Assembly (NCBI GenBank): GCA_002011035.2
Contig: MTLY02000003.1
Coordinates: 320,001-384,000, forward strand
DNA length: 64,000 nt
Direction of reading: 5' to 3'
DNA from: Candidatus Hecatella orcuttiae
GTDB taxonomy: Archaea > Thermoproteota > Bathyarchaeia > Hecatellales > Hecatellaceae
This document shows, one piece after another, positions 8,948 through 19,553 of the stretch (the stretch's first letter is position 1; each line of letters starts with the position of its first letter). The position numbers and the translations under genes are program-made. The notes beneath the pieces are model-generated. The model was not told the origin of the DNA. It did no database searches and worked only from the letters and a program-made list of their open reading frames with translations.

Positions 8948-9736
8948 ATGGAACTCTCGATAACCTTGATGGCAGTTCCAAGGCTTAGAAAGTCCCATGC
9001 CAAACTGGCGCGGGAGCTGGAAAGGCTTCCCTGCGACTCCGTTTTCCTGAACTTTTCCAGAGGCCTAGAGGAATATGTGAGAGAACTGGCAGAGGGTCTG
9101 CCCTACGAGTATGTGTTGGCTGAGATCAAAAAATCCAAACTGGTGCAGGAGCCGTCCGGCGGCTGGGAGTACTACGCGGAGCCAATTTTGAGAAATCTTA
9201 AACATCTGCGGCGCATGAAGCCCGAGCTCGCCTTCCACTGTTACGAGAGCCCCTCCTACGACTACCTAGCCGCCAAAAGCGCTGAGAAAACAGCCCTCAT
9301 GACCTTGAGGACGGCGGCTACCGGCAAGGTTGACGCTGCCGCTTGGAGAAGCCATCTGGAGGATGAAATAAGACTGAGGGAGGAAGCCGTTGAGGAGGAG
9401 GCGGAATTCATCGCCAGCATGGCTTCAAAATACGAAAAGCCCGCCTGCGTCACAGGTCTGCCGGGCCGCGGCTTGAGGGATGAGCTGGCGGAAAGAAACG
9501 TGGAAGTTAAGCAGAAGTTTCTAGACCTCCCTTATTTCTACACGCCTTTGGAGATGTTGAAAAACGAGTTAACGAGGTCTCATGTTTCCGATGAGAAAAT
9601 CGTCCAACTGGTCAGGGAGCATGTCGACTACGTGAGAAAACACGTGATACCAAGCAAAAGCCTAGACGAAGCCTACCAGCAGTGGGTAGGAAGCAAAAAC
9701 AGCCAAGCCCGCTCCCTCTTCCACTTCGGCAAATAA
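8948..9736 (+). CDS. Hypothetical protein
   Basis: 262-aa ORF with normal soluble composition; no motif recognised. Confidence 0.75.
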   Translation: MELSITLMAVPRLRKSHAKLARELERLPCDSVFLNFSRGLEEYVRELAEGLPYEYVLAEIKKSKLVQEPSGGWEYYAEPILRNLKHLRRMKPELAFHCYESPSYDYLAAKSAEKTALMTLRTAATGKVDAAAWRSHLEDEIRLREEAVEEEAEFIASMASKYEKPACVTGLPGRGLRDELAERNVEVKQKFLDLPYFYTPLEMLKNELTRSHVSDEKIVQLVREHVDYVRKHVIPSKSLDEAYQQWVGSKNSQARSLFHFGK

Positions 9737-9781
9737 TCTTTAACCGAACTGCGAATCGCCCCGAAAAAGGCCTTTTTCGGT

Positions 9782-10174
9782 CTAGCCCAGCTTTTCCCTG
9801 AGCAGTTCAGCTAGGGTTTTGGCTTCACCGTGCTTTTTGAACACCAGCCGAGTCTTGGGTCTGAGGGGCATGCGGAGGAGGTTGAAAATCTGCATTATCA
9901 TCCCCGCGGTTACAGGGCCTCGGAGCCGACCGTTTTTTATCTGCAAAGCCAGGTTTTCAACCACCTCTTCTGTGATGTCTGGATATTGCTGGTAAGCCGT
10001 CTCTAAGAGTTCTCTTCCCCGCCCCGTCAGCCTCCCCATGACGATCTGAAGGGGGGTGGGCTCCACGGTCTCTTTCGGGGGAGAAGGCTTCTCCTCCGAG
10101 GCTTCGACCTTCGCTCTCAGCTCTTTCAGCTTTCTGAGCTTCAGCCGCTCCAGTTCAGCGTCTGCTTCAGCCAT
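9782..10174 (-). CDS. PDCD5/TFAR19-like dsDNA-binding protein
   Basis: DAELERLKLRKLKEL N-helix, LTGRGRELL, QYPD...VVENL...G. Confidence 0.7.
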   Translation of the reverse strand: MAEADAELERLKLRKLKELRAKVEASEEKPSPPKETVEPTPLQIVMGRLTGRGRELLETAYQQYPDITEEVVENLALQIKNGRLRGPVTAGMIMQIFNLLRMPLRPKTRLVFKKHGEAKTLAELLREKLG

Positions 10175-10299
10175 GGCTTTCTCAAACTTCTGTTGGTCTT
10201 CAACTGGATGATAAACTTATGGGTTGTAGCCGTGGAAGATGGACATGTTTTTATTGCTGAGCTTTGAGGCATAGGTTATAGGCTTTTCAGGGGTCTGGG

Positions 10300-10740
10300 T
10301 TGAAGCAGAGCAGGAAAGGCTTTGAGTTCTTGGAGCATGCCAGCGACATCTACGTAGCCGCCTACGGGGAAACCTTGGAGGAGGCTTTTGAAAACGCTGC
10401 CAAGGCCATGTTCGAAGCTATGACAGAGTTGCAGCTTGTAGAGCCTAAAATGGAGGTTGAAGTCTCCGCGGAGGGAGGAGACCCGCAGGAGCTTCTCTAC
10501 AACTGGCTGGAAGCCTTGCTGGTTAAATACGAGGTAGAAGGTTTGCTCTTCTCCCGGTTTAAAGTAGACAAGATAGTCGAGAGAGAAGACGCTCTGAGGC
10601 TGAGGGCTTCTGCCTTCGGTGAACCTCTAGACCTCGGGAGGCATCCCTCTAAAGTGGAGATTAAAGCTGTAACCTACCATATGATGGAGGTCAAAAAGGA
10701 AGACGGCTGGGTGGAGCTCAGGGTTCTTTTCGACATATAA
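10300..10740 (+). CDS. Archease
   Basis: FEFLEHASDI, EIKAVTYH, C-terminal LFDI. Confidence 0.95.
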   Translation: MKQSRKGFEFLEHASDIYVAAYGETLEEAFENAAKAMFEAMTELQLVEPKMEVEVSAEGGDPQELLYNWLEALLVKYEVEGLLFSRFKVDKIVEREDALRLRASAFGEPLDLGRHPSKVEIKAVTYHMMEVKKEDGWVELRVLFDI

Positions 10741-10855
10741 ACAATTAAGCTTAAGTTACTCCGGTGAGTCCTTATGGTAGAGCTGTTAACAGCCTGGACG
10801 CTGACGGCGTGAGAAAGCAGACGGATTGATTCAGAGGCTTTTGGGAGGAGTGAAA

Positions 10856-12307
10856 ATGGCGGAGATTCCAATCCGCAAGATCGGAGAGTACGTTTGGGAA
10901 ATACCCAAGTATAGGCCTGAAATGAGAGTTTCCGGAATCGTTTACGCAGACAGCTTCCTCTTAGAAAAAATGAAAACCGACAGAACTCTTCTCCAATGCG
11001 CCAATGTGGCTACGTTGCCTGGGATTTACAAGTACGCCATAACCATGCCCGACGGCCATGAAGGCTACGGCTTCCCCATAGGAGGGGTGGCGGCCGCTGA
11101 CTACGAGGAAGGTGTCATCAGCCCCGGAGGCGTCGGATACGACATCAACTGCGGAGTACGTCTTCTGAAGACCAACTTGACGGAGAAAGAGCTGAGGCCT
11201 AAACTTCCCCAGCTTCTTGAACTGATCTTCAGGAAAGTTCCCTCAGGCTTGGGAAGCAAGGGCAAAATCAGACTTTCAACCCATGAGCTTGATGAAGTTG
11301 CCAGAGAAGGCATCGAGTGGGCTGTGGAAAAAGGCTACGGATGGGAGGACGACCTGAAACGCTGCGAAGAAAGCGGACGCATGCCAGGGGCAGACCCCTC
11401 TAAGGTCTCCAACACCGCCAAAAGTCGCGGAGCCCCAGAACTGGGGACGCTGGGCAGCGGAAACCACTTCCTCGAAATTCAGCGCATCGACAGGGTTTTC
11501 AACCCTGAGGCTGCGAAGACTTTAGGCCTCCAAGATGAAGGCTGGGTCACCGTCATGATCCACACGGGCTCCAGGGGCTTCGGTCACCAAGTGTGCTCCG
11601 ACTACCTCCGCATCATGGACAGGGCTGTCCGAAAATACGGCATCCAGCTGCCGGATCGGGAGCTAGCTTGCACCCCTGGGCAGAGCCCTGAGGCTGAAGA
11701 CTACTTCAAGGCTATGGCCTCCGCGGTGAACTACGCCTTCACCAACCGCCAATGCATAACTCACTGGGTTCGCCAAGCTTTTGAGGAGGCTTTCGGCCGG
11801 TCTGCGGAGGAGTTAGGCTTAGAAGTCATCTACGATGTAGCCCACAACATCTGCAAGAAAGAGGAACACATGGTGGAGGAAGGAAAGGTGCGGACTGTGT
11901 GGGTTCATAGGAAAGGCGCCACCCGGGCTTTTCCACCAGACCACCCGGCTCTACCCGCCGGATATAGGGCGATGGGTCAGCCTGTCCTCATCGCGGGGAC
12001 TATGGGAACCAGTTCCTGGCTGCTTCTGGGAACCAAGAAGGCTATGGAGCTGAGCTTCGGCTCCACTGCCCACGGAGCCGGGAGGTTCATGAGCAGGTCT
12101 GCGGCTACCCGAAAGTTTGGAGGCCCGCAGGTGAAGGAAGCCTTGGAAAGGCGAAGCATCCTCATCCGAGCGGCCAGCATGAGGGTGATAGCGGAGGAGG
12201 CTCCTGAAGCCTACAAGGACGTGGACAGGGTGGCTGAAGTTTCCCATCAGCTGGGAATAGCCACTAAGGTTGTGAGGCTGACGCCCTTAGGCGTCGTGAA
12301 GGGCTGA
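10856..12307 (+). CDS. rtcB: tRNA-splicing ligase RtcB
   Basis: PDGHEGYGFPIGG, GYDINCG, GSGNHF, HRKGATRA, HGAGR, EEAPEAYKD; GGAGGAG SD before 10856. Confidence 0.98.
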   Translation: MAEIPIRKIGEYVWEIPKYRPEMRVSGIVYADSFLLEKMKTDRTLLQCANVATLPGIYKYAITMPDGHEGYGFPIGGVAAADYEEGVISPGGVGYDINCGVRLLKTNLTEKELRPKLPQLLELIFRKVPSGLGSKGKIRLSTHELDEVAREGIEWAVEKGYGWEDDLKRCEESGRMPGADPSKVSNTAKSRGAPELGTLGSGNHFLEIQRIDRVFNPEAAKTLGLQDEGWVTVMIHTGSRGFGHQVCSDYLRIMDRAVRKYGIQLPDRELACTPGQSPEAEDYFKAMASAVNYAFTNRQCITHWVRQAFEEAFGRSAEELGLEVIYDVAHNICKKEEHMVEEGKVRTVWVHRKGATRAFPPDHPALPAGYRAMGQPVLIAGTMGTSSWLLLGTKKAMELSFGSTAHGAGRFMSRSAATRKFGGPQVKEALERRSILIRAASMRVIAEEAPEAYKDVDRVAEVSHQLGIATKVVRLTPLGVVKG

Positions 12308-12382
12308 GGCTTCCAACCCGCGCTACCGTTTCTTTTCCTCAACTAAGACATTTTTCACTTAAATGACGGAGAAGGAGGAAGA

Positions 12383-13738
12383 ATGCCGAAAGGCGGGTGC
12401 AAACCGTTCTCCCTCCTCATTTTGACAGTCCTTTCCACTGCTTTTTTGGCGAATATGCCAAACTTCGGGGAGTTGAATGGGGCTCCGCCCTTAACCGACG
12501 TGGAATATCGACAGAAGGTGGAGGAGTTGTTGAAGGCGGTTCTGGGGGGAATCGAAGAAGTGAGAGGTCTATCTCCACCTGAGGAAGTTAGTTTGAGAAT
12601 CATCAGCGCAGAATGGGCTCGGGAAAACTGGGGCCGAAGATACGTGGAGGCAAACCTTGAGAAGATAAAAGTGGAGGAAAACATATACAAGGCGCTGTTT
12701 CTCCTCCCCGAAGACGCCGGCCTAGCTGAGGTTCTCGTCGAATGGTCAGGAGACTACGCTGCCGGAGTCATAGAAAACGACATTTTCGTGGTGAGGGAGA
12801 ACTTCGACCCTAAGGGAGCTTGGGCTGAGAGAACCCTCGCCCACGAAGTCACCCACATAATACAGGGTGAACACTTTGAAATTCTCGAAAAAGAGAAACA
12901 CGACGAGAAGCAGGCCTGGGCTGCTCTCATCGAAGGAGATGCTGAACTCACTGCTGGAAAGTATATGGAAAGAATCGAAAGCTTGCCAGCGTCTGAAACC
13001 GCTGTTTTGCTTCCCGCGGGCTTCCTAGCCTCCGCCTCAGCATCCAACTCCGGAGATCTTCCCTTCATGAGGATATTGCGCTTTCCCTACGACTACGGCG
13101 AAGATTTCGTGGAAACCTTGTTCGAGAGGGGAGGCTGGGAGTTGGTGAACAAAGCCTACAGCAGTCCACCTGTCACCACTGAGCAGGTGATGCATCCGGA
13201 GAAATATTTTTCAAAGGAACCTCCCGTTGAAGTTGATGGTTCCTCTCCTCCCCTGCCTCCGGAGTGGAAGCAGAAAAGAAGCGACAGGTTTGGAGAGCAC
13301 TTCATCCTGGTGGTGTTGGGTACGTGGATCCCCTTGGAGGACGCTGCGGAGGCGGCTGAGGGGTGGGGAGGAGACCGTTTCACCTACTATGAGAAAGGAG
13401 AACGCTACCTCTTCGTGTGGGAGATTTCATGGGATTCGGAGGAAGACGCTGCGGAGTTCCATGACGCTTGGAGTCGGATGATGAAAACATTGGACTCCGA
13501 GGAAATCCGAGAAGACCTCTGGGCTGTACAGCAACGCTACTTTCAACTTACGACGGAGGGCTCTACAACCCTCATCCTAAGCTCCGATGACCTGTCCGCC
13601 CTGGAGCCTTCGAAATCCTCTGGCATCCTTTCGGTTTGGCTTGTAGTGGGGGTGACGTTCATTCTAGCAACGGCCCTCGCTTGGTGGGTGAAGAGAAAAA
13701 GTAAAGCGAGAGTAAGTCAAGCTTTTCCGCTCACTTAA
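12383..13738 (+). CDS. Secreted, C-terminally anchored zinc-metallopeptidase-like surface protein (Hvo_1808-like)
   Basis: Signal peptide, AHEVTH (HExxH) with LIEGDA, AAEGWGGD, C-terminal TM and basic tail. Confidence 0.75.
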   Translation: MPKGGCKPFSLLILTVLSTAFLANMPNFGELNGAPPLTDVEYRQKVEELLKAVLGGIEEVRGLSPPEEVSLRIISAEWARENWGRRYVEANLEKIKVEENIYKALFLLPEDAGLAEVLVEWSGDYAAGVIENDIFVVRENFDPKGAWAERTLAHEVTHIIQGEHFEILEKEKHDEKQAWAALIEGDAELTAGKYMERIESLPASETAVLLPAGFLASASASNSGDLPFMRILRFPYDYGEDFVETLFERGGWELVNKAYSSPPVTTEQVMHPEKYFSKEPPVEVDGSSPPLPPEWKQKRSDRFGEHFILVVLGTWIPLEDAAEAAEGWGGDRFTYYEKGERYLFVWEISWDSEEDAAEFHDAWSRMMKTLDSEEIREDLWAVQQRYFQLTTEGSTTLILSSDDLSALEPSKSSGILSVWLVVGVTFILATALAWWVKRKSKARVSQAFPLT

Positions 13739-13887
13739 AATGGAAACAGGCTTTTCTTGCATTTTTCCTAAGCCGAGAGCCATAAGACTACCTTGCTCGT
13801 TTTCGCCGATAACGTTGGGGAACGCCCTTGAAAGAAAACAGATTTATTGGGGAAGGAGCATTTCTCTGATAGTTTAAGGTGAGATTT

Positions 13888-14454
13888 ATGGTTGAGGCGC
13901 TGGTGTTTTTAGCTCCAGGATTCGAGGAAATAGAAGCTTCAACGATCATCGATGTCCTCCGAAGAAGCAACGTGAAGGTAACTGTGGCAGGTTTGAAGCC
14001 GGAGGTAATCGAAGGCGCACATGGTATGAAAGTCGTCCCCGACAGCTCCATCGACGAGGTGTCTGTGAAAGACTTCGACGCGGTCATATGCCCCGGAGGA
14101 GCTCCAGGATACGAAAACTTGAGGAAAACCCCCAAAGTCCTTTCGATGGTTAAGGATGCCTTCCAATCCCGTAAGCTCGTCGCAGCCATCTGCGCAGGCC
14201 CCACCGTCCTCTCCGATGCAGGGGTCCTCAAAGGCAGGAAGTGCACGGTTTACCCTGGCTTGGAAGGGGAGCTTAAAAAAGGCGGAGGTAAACCTGTGCG
14301 GAGGGACCTAGTCGTCGTCGACGGGAACATCGTAACAAGCAAGGGCCCGGCTACAGCGCTTCCCTTCGCCTTAAAGCTGGCGGAGAAACTGGTGGGAAAA
14401 GAGACGGCTAAAAGGGTTAGGAAGGAAACGCTGGCGAACCTAGCTCTCAAGTAG
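13888..14454 (+). CDS. DJ-1/PfpI (ThiJ) family protein
   Basis: GFEEIE, CPGG, AAICAGP, TSKGP. Confidence 0.93.
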   Translation: MVEALVFLAPGFEEIEASTIIDVLRRSNVKVTVAGLKPEVIEGAHGMKVVPDSSIDEVSVKDFDAVICPGGAPGYENLRKTPKVLSMVKDAFQSRKLVAAICAGPTVLSDAGVLKGRKCTVYPGLEGELKKGGGKPVRRDLVVVDGNIVTSKGPATALPFALKLAEKLVGKETAKRVRKETLANLALK

Positions 14455-14487
14455 CAGGTCCCACCCTTCCCAAGGAGGCATCCTACC

Positions 14488-15042
14488 GTGGAGGTGAAGG
14501 TAGGCAAGGCTAAGCTTCGCCTTCTCCGCGGAGACATAACCGAGCAGGAAACCGACGCCATTGTGAACGCGGCGAACCCCAGCCTCATGGGAGGCGGCGG
14601 AGTAGACGGAGCCATCCACCGGAAGGGCGGACCGAAGATACTGGAAGAATGCAAGAAAATTAGAGCCTCCCAGTGGCCTGAAGGCCTCCCCACAGGAAAG
14701 GCAGTCATCACCTCCGGAGGGAACCTTAAAGCTCGGTACGTCATCCACACCGTGGGGCCAATATGGCGTGGGGGAAACAGCGGGGAACCTCGCCTTTTGG
14801 CGGAGGCTTACCGCAACTCCTTGGCACTGGCAGTTTCCCGAGGTTTGAAAACGGTGGCTTTCCCCTCCATCAGCACAGGAGCCTACGGTTACCCCATTAA
14901 GGAAGCCAGCCGGGTTGCTTTGAAGACGGTTAAAGATTTTCTGGAAAAAGAAGATAAACTGGACGAGGTGGTTTTCACCCTCTTCAGCCAGAGCGACTTG
15001 ACAATCTACGAGGAGGCCGCCAAGGAACTTTTCCGCGTCTAA
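14488..15042 (+). CDS. Macro-domain O-acetyl-ADP-ribose deacetylase
   Basis: GDIT, IVNAAN, GGGGVDGAIH, FPSISTGAYGYP. Confidence 0.95.
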   Translation: MEVKVGKAKLRLLRGDITEQETDAIVNAANPSLMGGGGVDGAIHRKGGPKILEECKKIRASQWPEGLPTGKAVITSGGNLKARYVIHTVGPIWRGGNSGEPRLLAEAYRNSLALAVSRGLKTVAFPSISTGAYGYPIKEASRVALKTVKDFLEKEDKLDEVVFTLFSQSDLTIYEEAAKELFRV

Positions 15043-15093
15043 GCCGGCTTAAGGAAAACAAATGGTTAAGGGTGTAATGGAGGAAATCCGGTT

Positions 15094-15921
15094 ATGGCGG
15101 CCTTCAAGGTTGCTGTGGTCAGAGGAGAGCGCTCTATATCCACGGTGCTGAAGGCCCTTAAACTCTTGGGAGGAGTTCAGGAGATCTCCGGCAGGCCTGT
15201 TCTGATCAAAGTAAACTTCATCGCTGTAAAGACATGGGACACAGGCACAACCACTGATCCCCTTGTGGTGGAGGCCTTGATCAAGACTTTCCAGCAGACA
15301 GATGAGCAGGTTTATGTGGTGGAATCTGACGCTACAATCACAAACGCAGCGAAGGCCGCCAAAGTAACAGGGGTACTTAACCTCTGCGAGAAATACGGTG
15401 TTCCTTTTCTCAACCTCAGAAAACTCAAAGAGAAAGTCACTCTGCCGGTAGACTCGCCTGAGGTGCTCCCTCAGATAAAAGTTCCCAAGCTGGTGGCTGA
15501 AAGCCACATCGTCAATGCTGCTAAGCTGAAAACCCACTCTGAGACGGGGGTAACCCTCGGCTTGAAGAACATGTTCGGCTTGCTTCCGGACAAGCTTAAG
15601 TTCAAATACCACCTCAAAGGCATCGAAAAGGTGGTTGTAGACGTTAACACCGTCCTAAAGCCAGCGCTCACCGTAATAGACGGCTTCGTAGGCCTGAAGG
15701 ACGGGGGCCCTGTCAAAGGGAAGCCTGTTAAGATGGATTTGATCATCGCCAGTAAAAACGTAACCGCCGCTGATGCCACAGCAGCCCGCATCATGGGCTT
15801 CGAGCCTGAGAGGATATACCACATTCGCCGCGCCGCGGAGAAAGGCCTCGGCAGCCTAACCGCCATTGAGGTGGTAGGTGAGCCCTTGGCTGAATTGGCT
15901 CAAGACTTTCAGAGGCTGTGA
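15094..15921 (+). CDS. DUF362 family protein
   Basis: VLIKVN, TTDP, KLKTH, TLGLKNMFG, VIDG. Confidence 0.88.
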   Translation: MAAFKVAVVRGERSISTVLKALKLLGGVQEISGRPVLIKVNFIAVKTWDTGTTTDPLVVEALIKTFQQTDEQVYVVESDATITNAAKAAKVTGVLNLCEKYGVPFLNLRKLKEKVTLPVDSPEVLPQIKVPKLVAESHIVNAAKLKTHSETGVTLGLKNMFGLLPDKLKFKYHLKGIEKVVVDVNTVLKPALTVIDGFVGLKDGGPVKGKPVKMDLIIASKNVTAADATAARIMGFEPERIYHIRRAAEKGLGSLTAIEVVGEPLAELAQDFQRL

Positions 15922-15981
15922 AAGATGAAACTCAGAGAAATAAAGTTTTTATCTTTTCTCAACTAAATATAGCTGGGATCA

Positions 15982-16911
15982 TTGTTGGAAAAAACCATCA
16001 TTGAAGCTGCGGAAAAATCTGGCCTCCGACGGGGAACGGTAACCTTGAAGCGGGGCTTCGCCCACATGCAAAAGGGCGGCGTTATCATGGACGTCACCAA
16101 CGTGGAGCAGGCTCAAGTGGCGGAAGAGACTGGGGCTGTGGCGGTTATGGTTTTGGATAAGCTCCCGGCTGACGTTCGGAAGGCAGGAGGAGTCGCTCGA
16201 ATGTGCGATGTGAAAACCATTGAGGAAGTTATGGACCACGTTACCATTCCCGTCATGGCCAAATGCCGGATAGGCCACTACATGGAGGCTGAAATCCTCG
16301 AAGCCATAGGCGTCGACATGATCGACGAAAGCGAGGTTTTAACCCCGGCTGATGAGCACCACCACATTGACAAGTGGCCGTTCACTGTGCCCTTCGTCAA
16401 CGGAGCCAGAGACCTAGGGGAAGCCCTCCGAAGGATAGCGGAAGGCGCTTCCATGATCAGAACCAAAGGGGAGGCTGGAACGGGAAACGTGGCTGAAGCG
16501 GTGAGACACGTAAAGGCAGTGATGGGACGGATAAGGGAGATCCAGAAGGCAGGAGACGAACAGCTTCTCGATGTAGCTCGAGCCTACCAAGTTCCCTTTG
16601 ACCTCGTCAAAGAAACCGCTTCGCTGGGCAGGTTGCCTGTGGTGAACTTTGCAGCCGGAGGCATAGCCACCCCCGCAGATGCAGCTTTGATGATGGCTCT
16701 GGGATGCGACGGGGTTTTCGTGGGTTCCGGCATCTTCAAGTCTGAGGACCCTTTGGAGAGGGCTAGGTCCATCGTTCTAGCTACAACCTTCTGGGAAGAC
16801 CCTGAAGTAGTCGCTGAAGCTTCCAGGATGGTGGTGGAGAGAAAATCCATGCCGGGCTTGGACATCAAGGCCTTGAAGCCCGAAGAGTTGATGCAGACGA
16901 GAGGGCGCTAA
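15982..16911 (+). CDS. pdxS: PLP synthase lyase subunit
   Basis: [38 protein letters not shown]. Confidence 0.97.
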   Translation: MLEKTIIEAAEKSGLRRGTVTLKRGFAHMQKGGVIMDVTNVEQAQVAEETGAVAVMVLDKLPADVRKAGGVARMCDVKTIEEVMDHVTIPVMAKCRIGHYMEAEILEAIGVDMIDESEVLTPADEHHHIDKWPFTVPFVNGARDLGEALRRIAEGASMIRTKGEAGTGNVAEAVRHVKAVMGRIREIQKAGDEQLLDVARAYQVPFDLVKETASLGRLPVVNFAAGGIATPADAALMMALGCDGVFVGSGIFKSEDPLERARSIVLATTFWEDPEVVAEASRMVVERKSMPGLDIKALKPEELMQTRGR

Positions 16912-16912
16912 G

Positions 16913-17539
16913 ATGGCTTCCGTCCCTGAGCTGAAGATAGGAGTCATAGGGCTTCAGGGCGCTGTCGCGGAGCATGTGGAAGCTCTCAACTCCACCTTGA
17001 AAGAAATGAAGCTCAAAGGAGCGGCCTACCCCATAAAACGCCAAGCCCAGATAGAAGACGTCCACGGCTTGGTGATCCCCGGAGGGGAAAGCACAACCAT
17101 CGGAAGACTCCTCCAGCAGAGAGGTATGGCGGAAAAAATCGTCAAAGCAGCGGAGAAAGGAACTCCCATCCTCGGCACCTGCGCCGGACTCATCCTTATG
17201 GCTAAAGAGGTCTACGACGCCAAAGTCAGCCTTCTCCCTCAACCCCTCTTGGGGTTGATGGATATGAAGGTGGTGAGGAATGCCTTCGGGCGGCAGAGGG
17301 AATCTTTCGAGGACCTTGTTGACATTCCGCTGCTGGGAAGAGACCCTTATCCCGGTGTCTTCATCAGGTCCCCGCTGGTGGAGAGAGTTTGGGGGGAAAA
17401 TGAAGCCATAGGAAGGTGGAGGGAAAAGATCGTGGCTGTTCAGCAGGGAAACCTCCTAGCCACAGCCTTCCATCCCGAGCTTTCCCGCGACCGAAGGTTT
17501 CTTCAATATTTTGTTAAGCACATTCTAGATGCACTTTAG
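16913..17539 (+). CDS. pdxT: PLP synthase glutaminase subunit
   Basis: IPGGESTT, GTCAG, RNAFGRQ, FHPEL; adjacent to pdxS. Confidence 0.97.
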   Translation: MASVPELKIGVIGLQGAVAEHVEALNSTLKEMKLKGAAYPIKRQAQIEDVHGLVIPGGESTTIGRLLQQRGMAEKIVKAAEKGTPILGTCAGLILMAKEVYDAKVSLLPQPLLGLMDMKVVRNAFGRQRESFEDLVDIPLLGRDPYPGVFIRSPLVERVWGENEAIGRWREKIVAVQQGNLLATAFHPELSRDRRFLQYFVKHILDAL

Positions 17540-17613
17540 TCGCTGTTGAAGCTTCATGGCTTGGCTTAAGTTTTTAAATATTAAAACCACCATTAGCTTA
17601 ACAGTGTCTATGG

Positions 17614-17847
17614 GTGGTTTCAGTGGGGATCATCTACATTCTAGTTGTAACTGAAATCGGGAAAGAAGGCGACGTAAGCGCCGCTTTGGAGAAGATCAAA
17701 GGAGTAACCGAGGCTAAAACCGTCTACGGAGAATTTGACGTGGTGGTGAGGTTGGAGACGTCGACGTTGAAAGAGTTAGACGAAATCGTAACGGCTCTCC
17801 GGAAGGTCCCCGGAATAATCCGCACCGTAACCCTGATTTCATCCTAA
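17614..17847 (+). CDS. Lrp/AsnC ligand-binding (RAM) domain protein
   Basis: VYGEFDVVV motif, 77 aa, no HTH. Confidence 0.88.
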   Translation: MVSVGIIYILVVTEIGKEGDVSAALEKIKGVTEAKTVYGEFDVVVRLETSTLKELDEIVTALRKVPGIIRTVTLISS

Positions 17848-18767
17848 TCTAAATCCAGAAACTTCCTCGCAGCGCCCAACAGCTTCTTCAAGCTTTCAAA
17901 GTTTTTCTCAGGGATTTTTTCGAGAAGAACACTTAGGGGAACCTGCTCGCCTCGTTTAGTCTCCACCAGCCTCCAGCCCACCGTCTCCGATAGTTTCCTC
18001 CTGGTTATCGGGTATCTGATTTTTTCCACCAGCTTTTCGAAGGCTTCCAAGCCGAAGCAGTCCATGAGGGGAGGAAACTGCCCTGTCTTCAGAAAAGCCT
18101 GAAAGCGGTGAGCGTCCACGTACATGGAGAGGTTGTTGAACAAAACGTAGACGGGGGCTGTTTTAGCTGTTTTCTCAACAGCTTCAGCTAGCTTTCTCAA
18201 CTCCTCGTTGGAGTACTGGTAGTAGTAGAGTCGCTCCCCCAAGCCGTGAAGGCGGAAGTAGGCCTTGTCCGCGATGTAAAAAGGGGGGTGGCCCAGAAGA
18301 GGGTCAACGCAGTGAACCAATTGTAGCTTCTCGAAGAGGGCTGCAAGCCCAGCTTGGAGTTCGGGGTTAAACCATTCTCCGCCTCGGGTTTCCCATACCA
18401 AGTTAAGACCGTCTCTTTTAGCCTTCCTGAAGAAGATTTCAGCTTTTTTCAAGTTTTCCGGAGTAGGACGGAAAGAGCCGGGAGTTTGGATGAGGAGAAC
18501 ACGGCTGCCTAGGATCCGGCAGGTTTCCACCATGCGCTGGAAGGCTTCAGCGCTTTCAGGTTTCCATTCTAGGCGGTGGGTGTGGCTTAGGTCTCTGTGG
18601 GCCTTCACCGTGAACTCGAAGCCTGAGGGGGCCTCCCTTCTCCACTTGGAGAGCAGGGTGGGGCTGTGGTAACGGTAGAAGGTAGAGTTGATTTCCACCA
18701 AGCTTAGGGCTTCATAATACCTGGGTTTGGAGACGGGAAACCCGCAGCATCCTACCTTGACAGGCAT
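17844..18767 (-). CDS. DUF72 family protein with C-terminal extension
   Basis: VGCCGF, VEINSTFY, FTVKA, YFRLHG, FNN. Confidence 0.9.
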   Translation of the reverse strand: MPVKVGCCGFPVSKPRYYEALSLVEINSTFYRYHSPTLLSKWRREAPSGFEFTVKAHRDLSHTHRLEWKPESAEAFQRMVETCRILGSRVLLIQTPGSFRPTPENLKKAEIFFRKAKRDGLNLVWETRGGEWFNPELQAGLAALFEKLQLVHCVDPLLGHPPFYIADKAYFRLHGLGERLYYYQYSNEELRKLAEAVEKTAKTAPVYVLFNNLSMYVDAHRFQAFLKTGQFPPLMDCFGLEAFEKLVEKIRYPITRRKLSETVGWRLVETKRGEQVPLSVLLEKIPEKNFESLKKLLGAARKFLDLD

Positions 18768-18844
18768 TCCCTTCCCCCATAGAAAAATGCTCGGATTAGT
18801 CTTAAATGCAACTTCCCTTTCAAGTTTAATAGGAGAAGATTTTC

Positions 18845-19546
18845 TTGAAGGGGCCGAAGCCGCCTGTGGCCGTGAGGGTTAAGAGTCTAGACGACTTCAC
18901 GAGGCTTGCTCTAGCCTTAACCGACTCCCCGCCTTTGCTGTGGCAGTTCAAGTACGAGAAAAAATACATCCTGAGCGCCTTCACCGTGTACATGTCTTGG
19001 AAGGGGGATATTCCCCTTCTGGCCTATATCCCTCTGAGGAAGAAACCCAGCTCCTTCCTTGCCTACCGGAGCAATGGGGAAGGGGAAGAATGCCTCTTCA
19101 CCGACAACATCGAAGACACTCGGTACGTTTACGCTCCCATAATCAAACTGCGGGAGGCCCCCCAGTTTTTTAAGGCCTCCCTCCAAGGAAAGTTCCCTCA
19201 TCCTCCCCAGCCCTTGGGTGTCGAGCTGGACAGTCTTTACTCTCTCATGCGCCTTCTCTATCTTGTCTCCTCCAAGGAGTACATGGCTTTCCCCATCTGG
19301 CATTTTCGACGGCATGGAAGACGCATTCTAGGAGTATGCATTCCTTTCGAGCATTATTATGAAAGCAACGCTCTACCCGTCTTCTTCTACATCCGGGTGG
19401 GAAGAGCATCCCATGAGCCCTTCCTCCGCTACCTGACATCCCGAAGCGGAGGGGAATCCATCAGCTACAGCCGAAGCACAGGGGACCCCAAATTTTTCTA
19501 CGCCAAAATCATAGACGTGGAGGACATGCCCCTCTTTCCCGGGTGA
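18845..19546 (+). CDS. Hypothetical protein built from two tandem homologous domains
   Basis: VRVKSLDDFTRL...LWQF...FLAY...YAPII recurs as VELDSLYSLMRL...IWHF...FLRY...YAKII. Confidence 0.7.
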   Translation: MKGPKPPVAVRVKSLDDFTRLALALTDSPPLLWQFKYEKKYILSAFTVYMSWKGDIPLLAYIPLRKKPSSFLAYRSNGEGEECLFTDNIEDTRYVYAPIIKLREAPQFFKASLQGKFPHPPQPLGVELDSLYSLMRLLYLVSSKEYMAFPIWHFRRHGRRILGVCIPFEHYYESNALPVFFYIRVGRASHEPFLRYLTSRSGGESISYSRSTGDPKFFYAKIIDVEDMPLFPG

Positions 19547-19553
19547 TCCGCTG

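Noticed and set aside
10207-10260. Second C/D sRNA (ATGATAA...CTGA)
   Set aside because: C box imperfect, no credible D'/C', lies in a divergent promoter region
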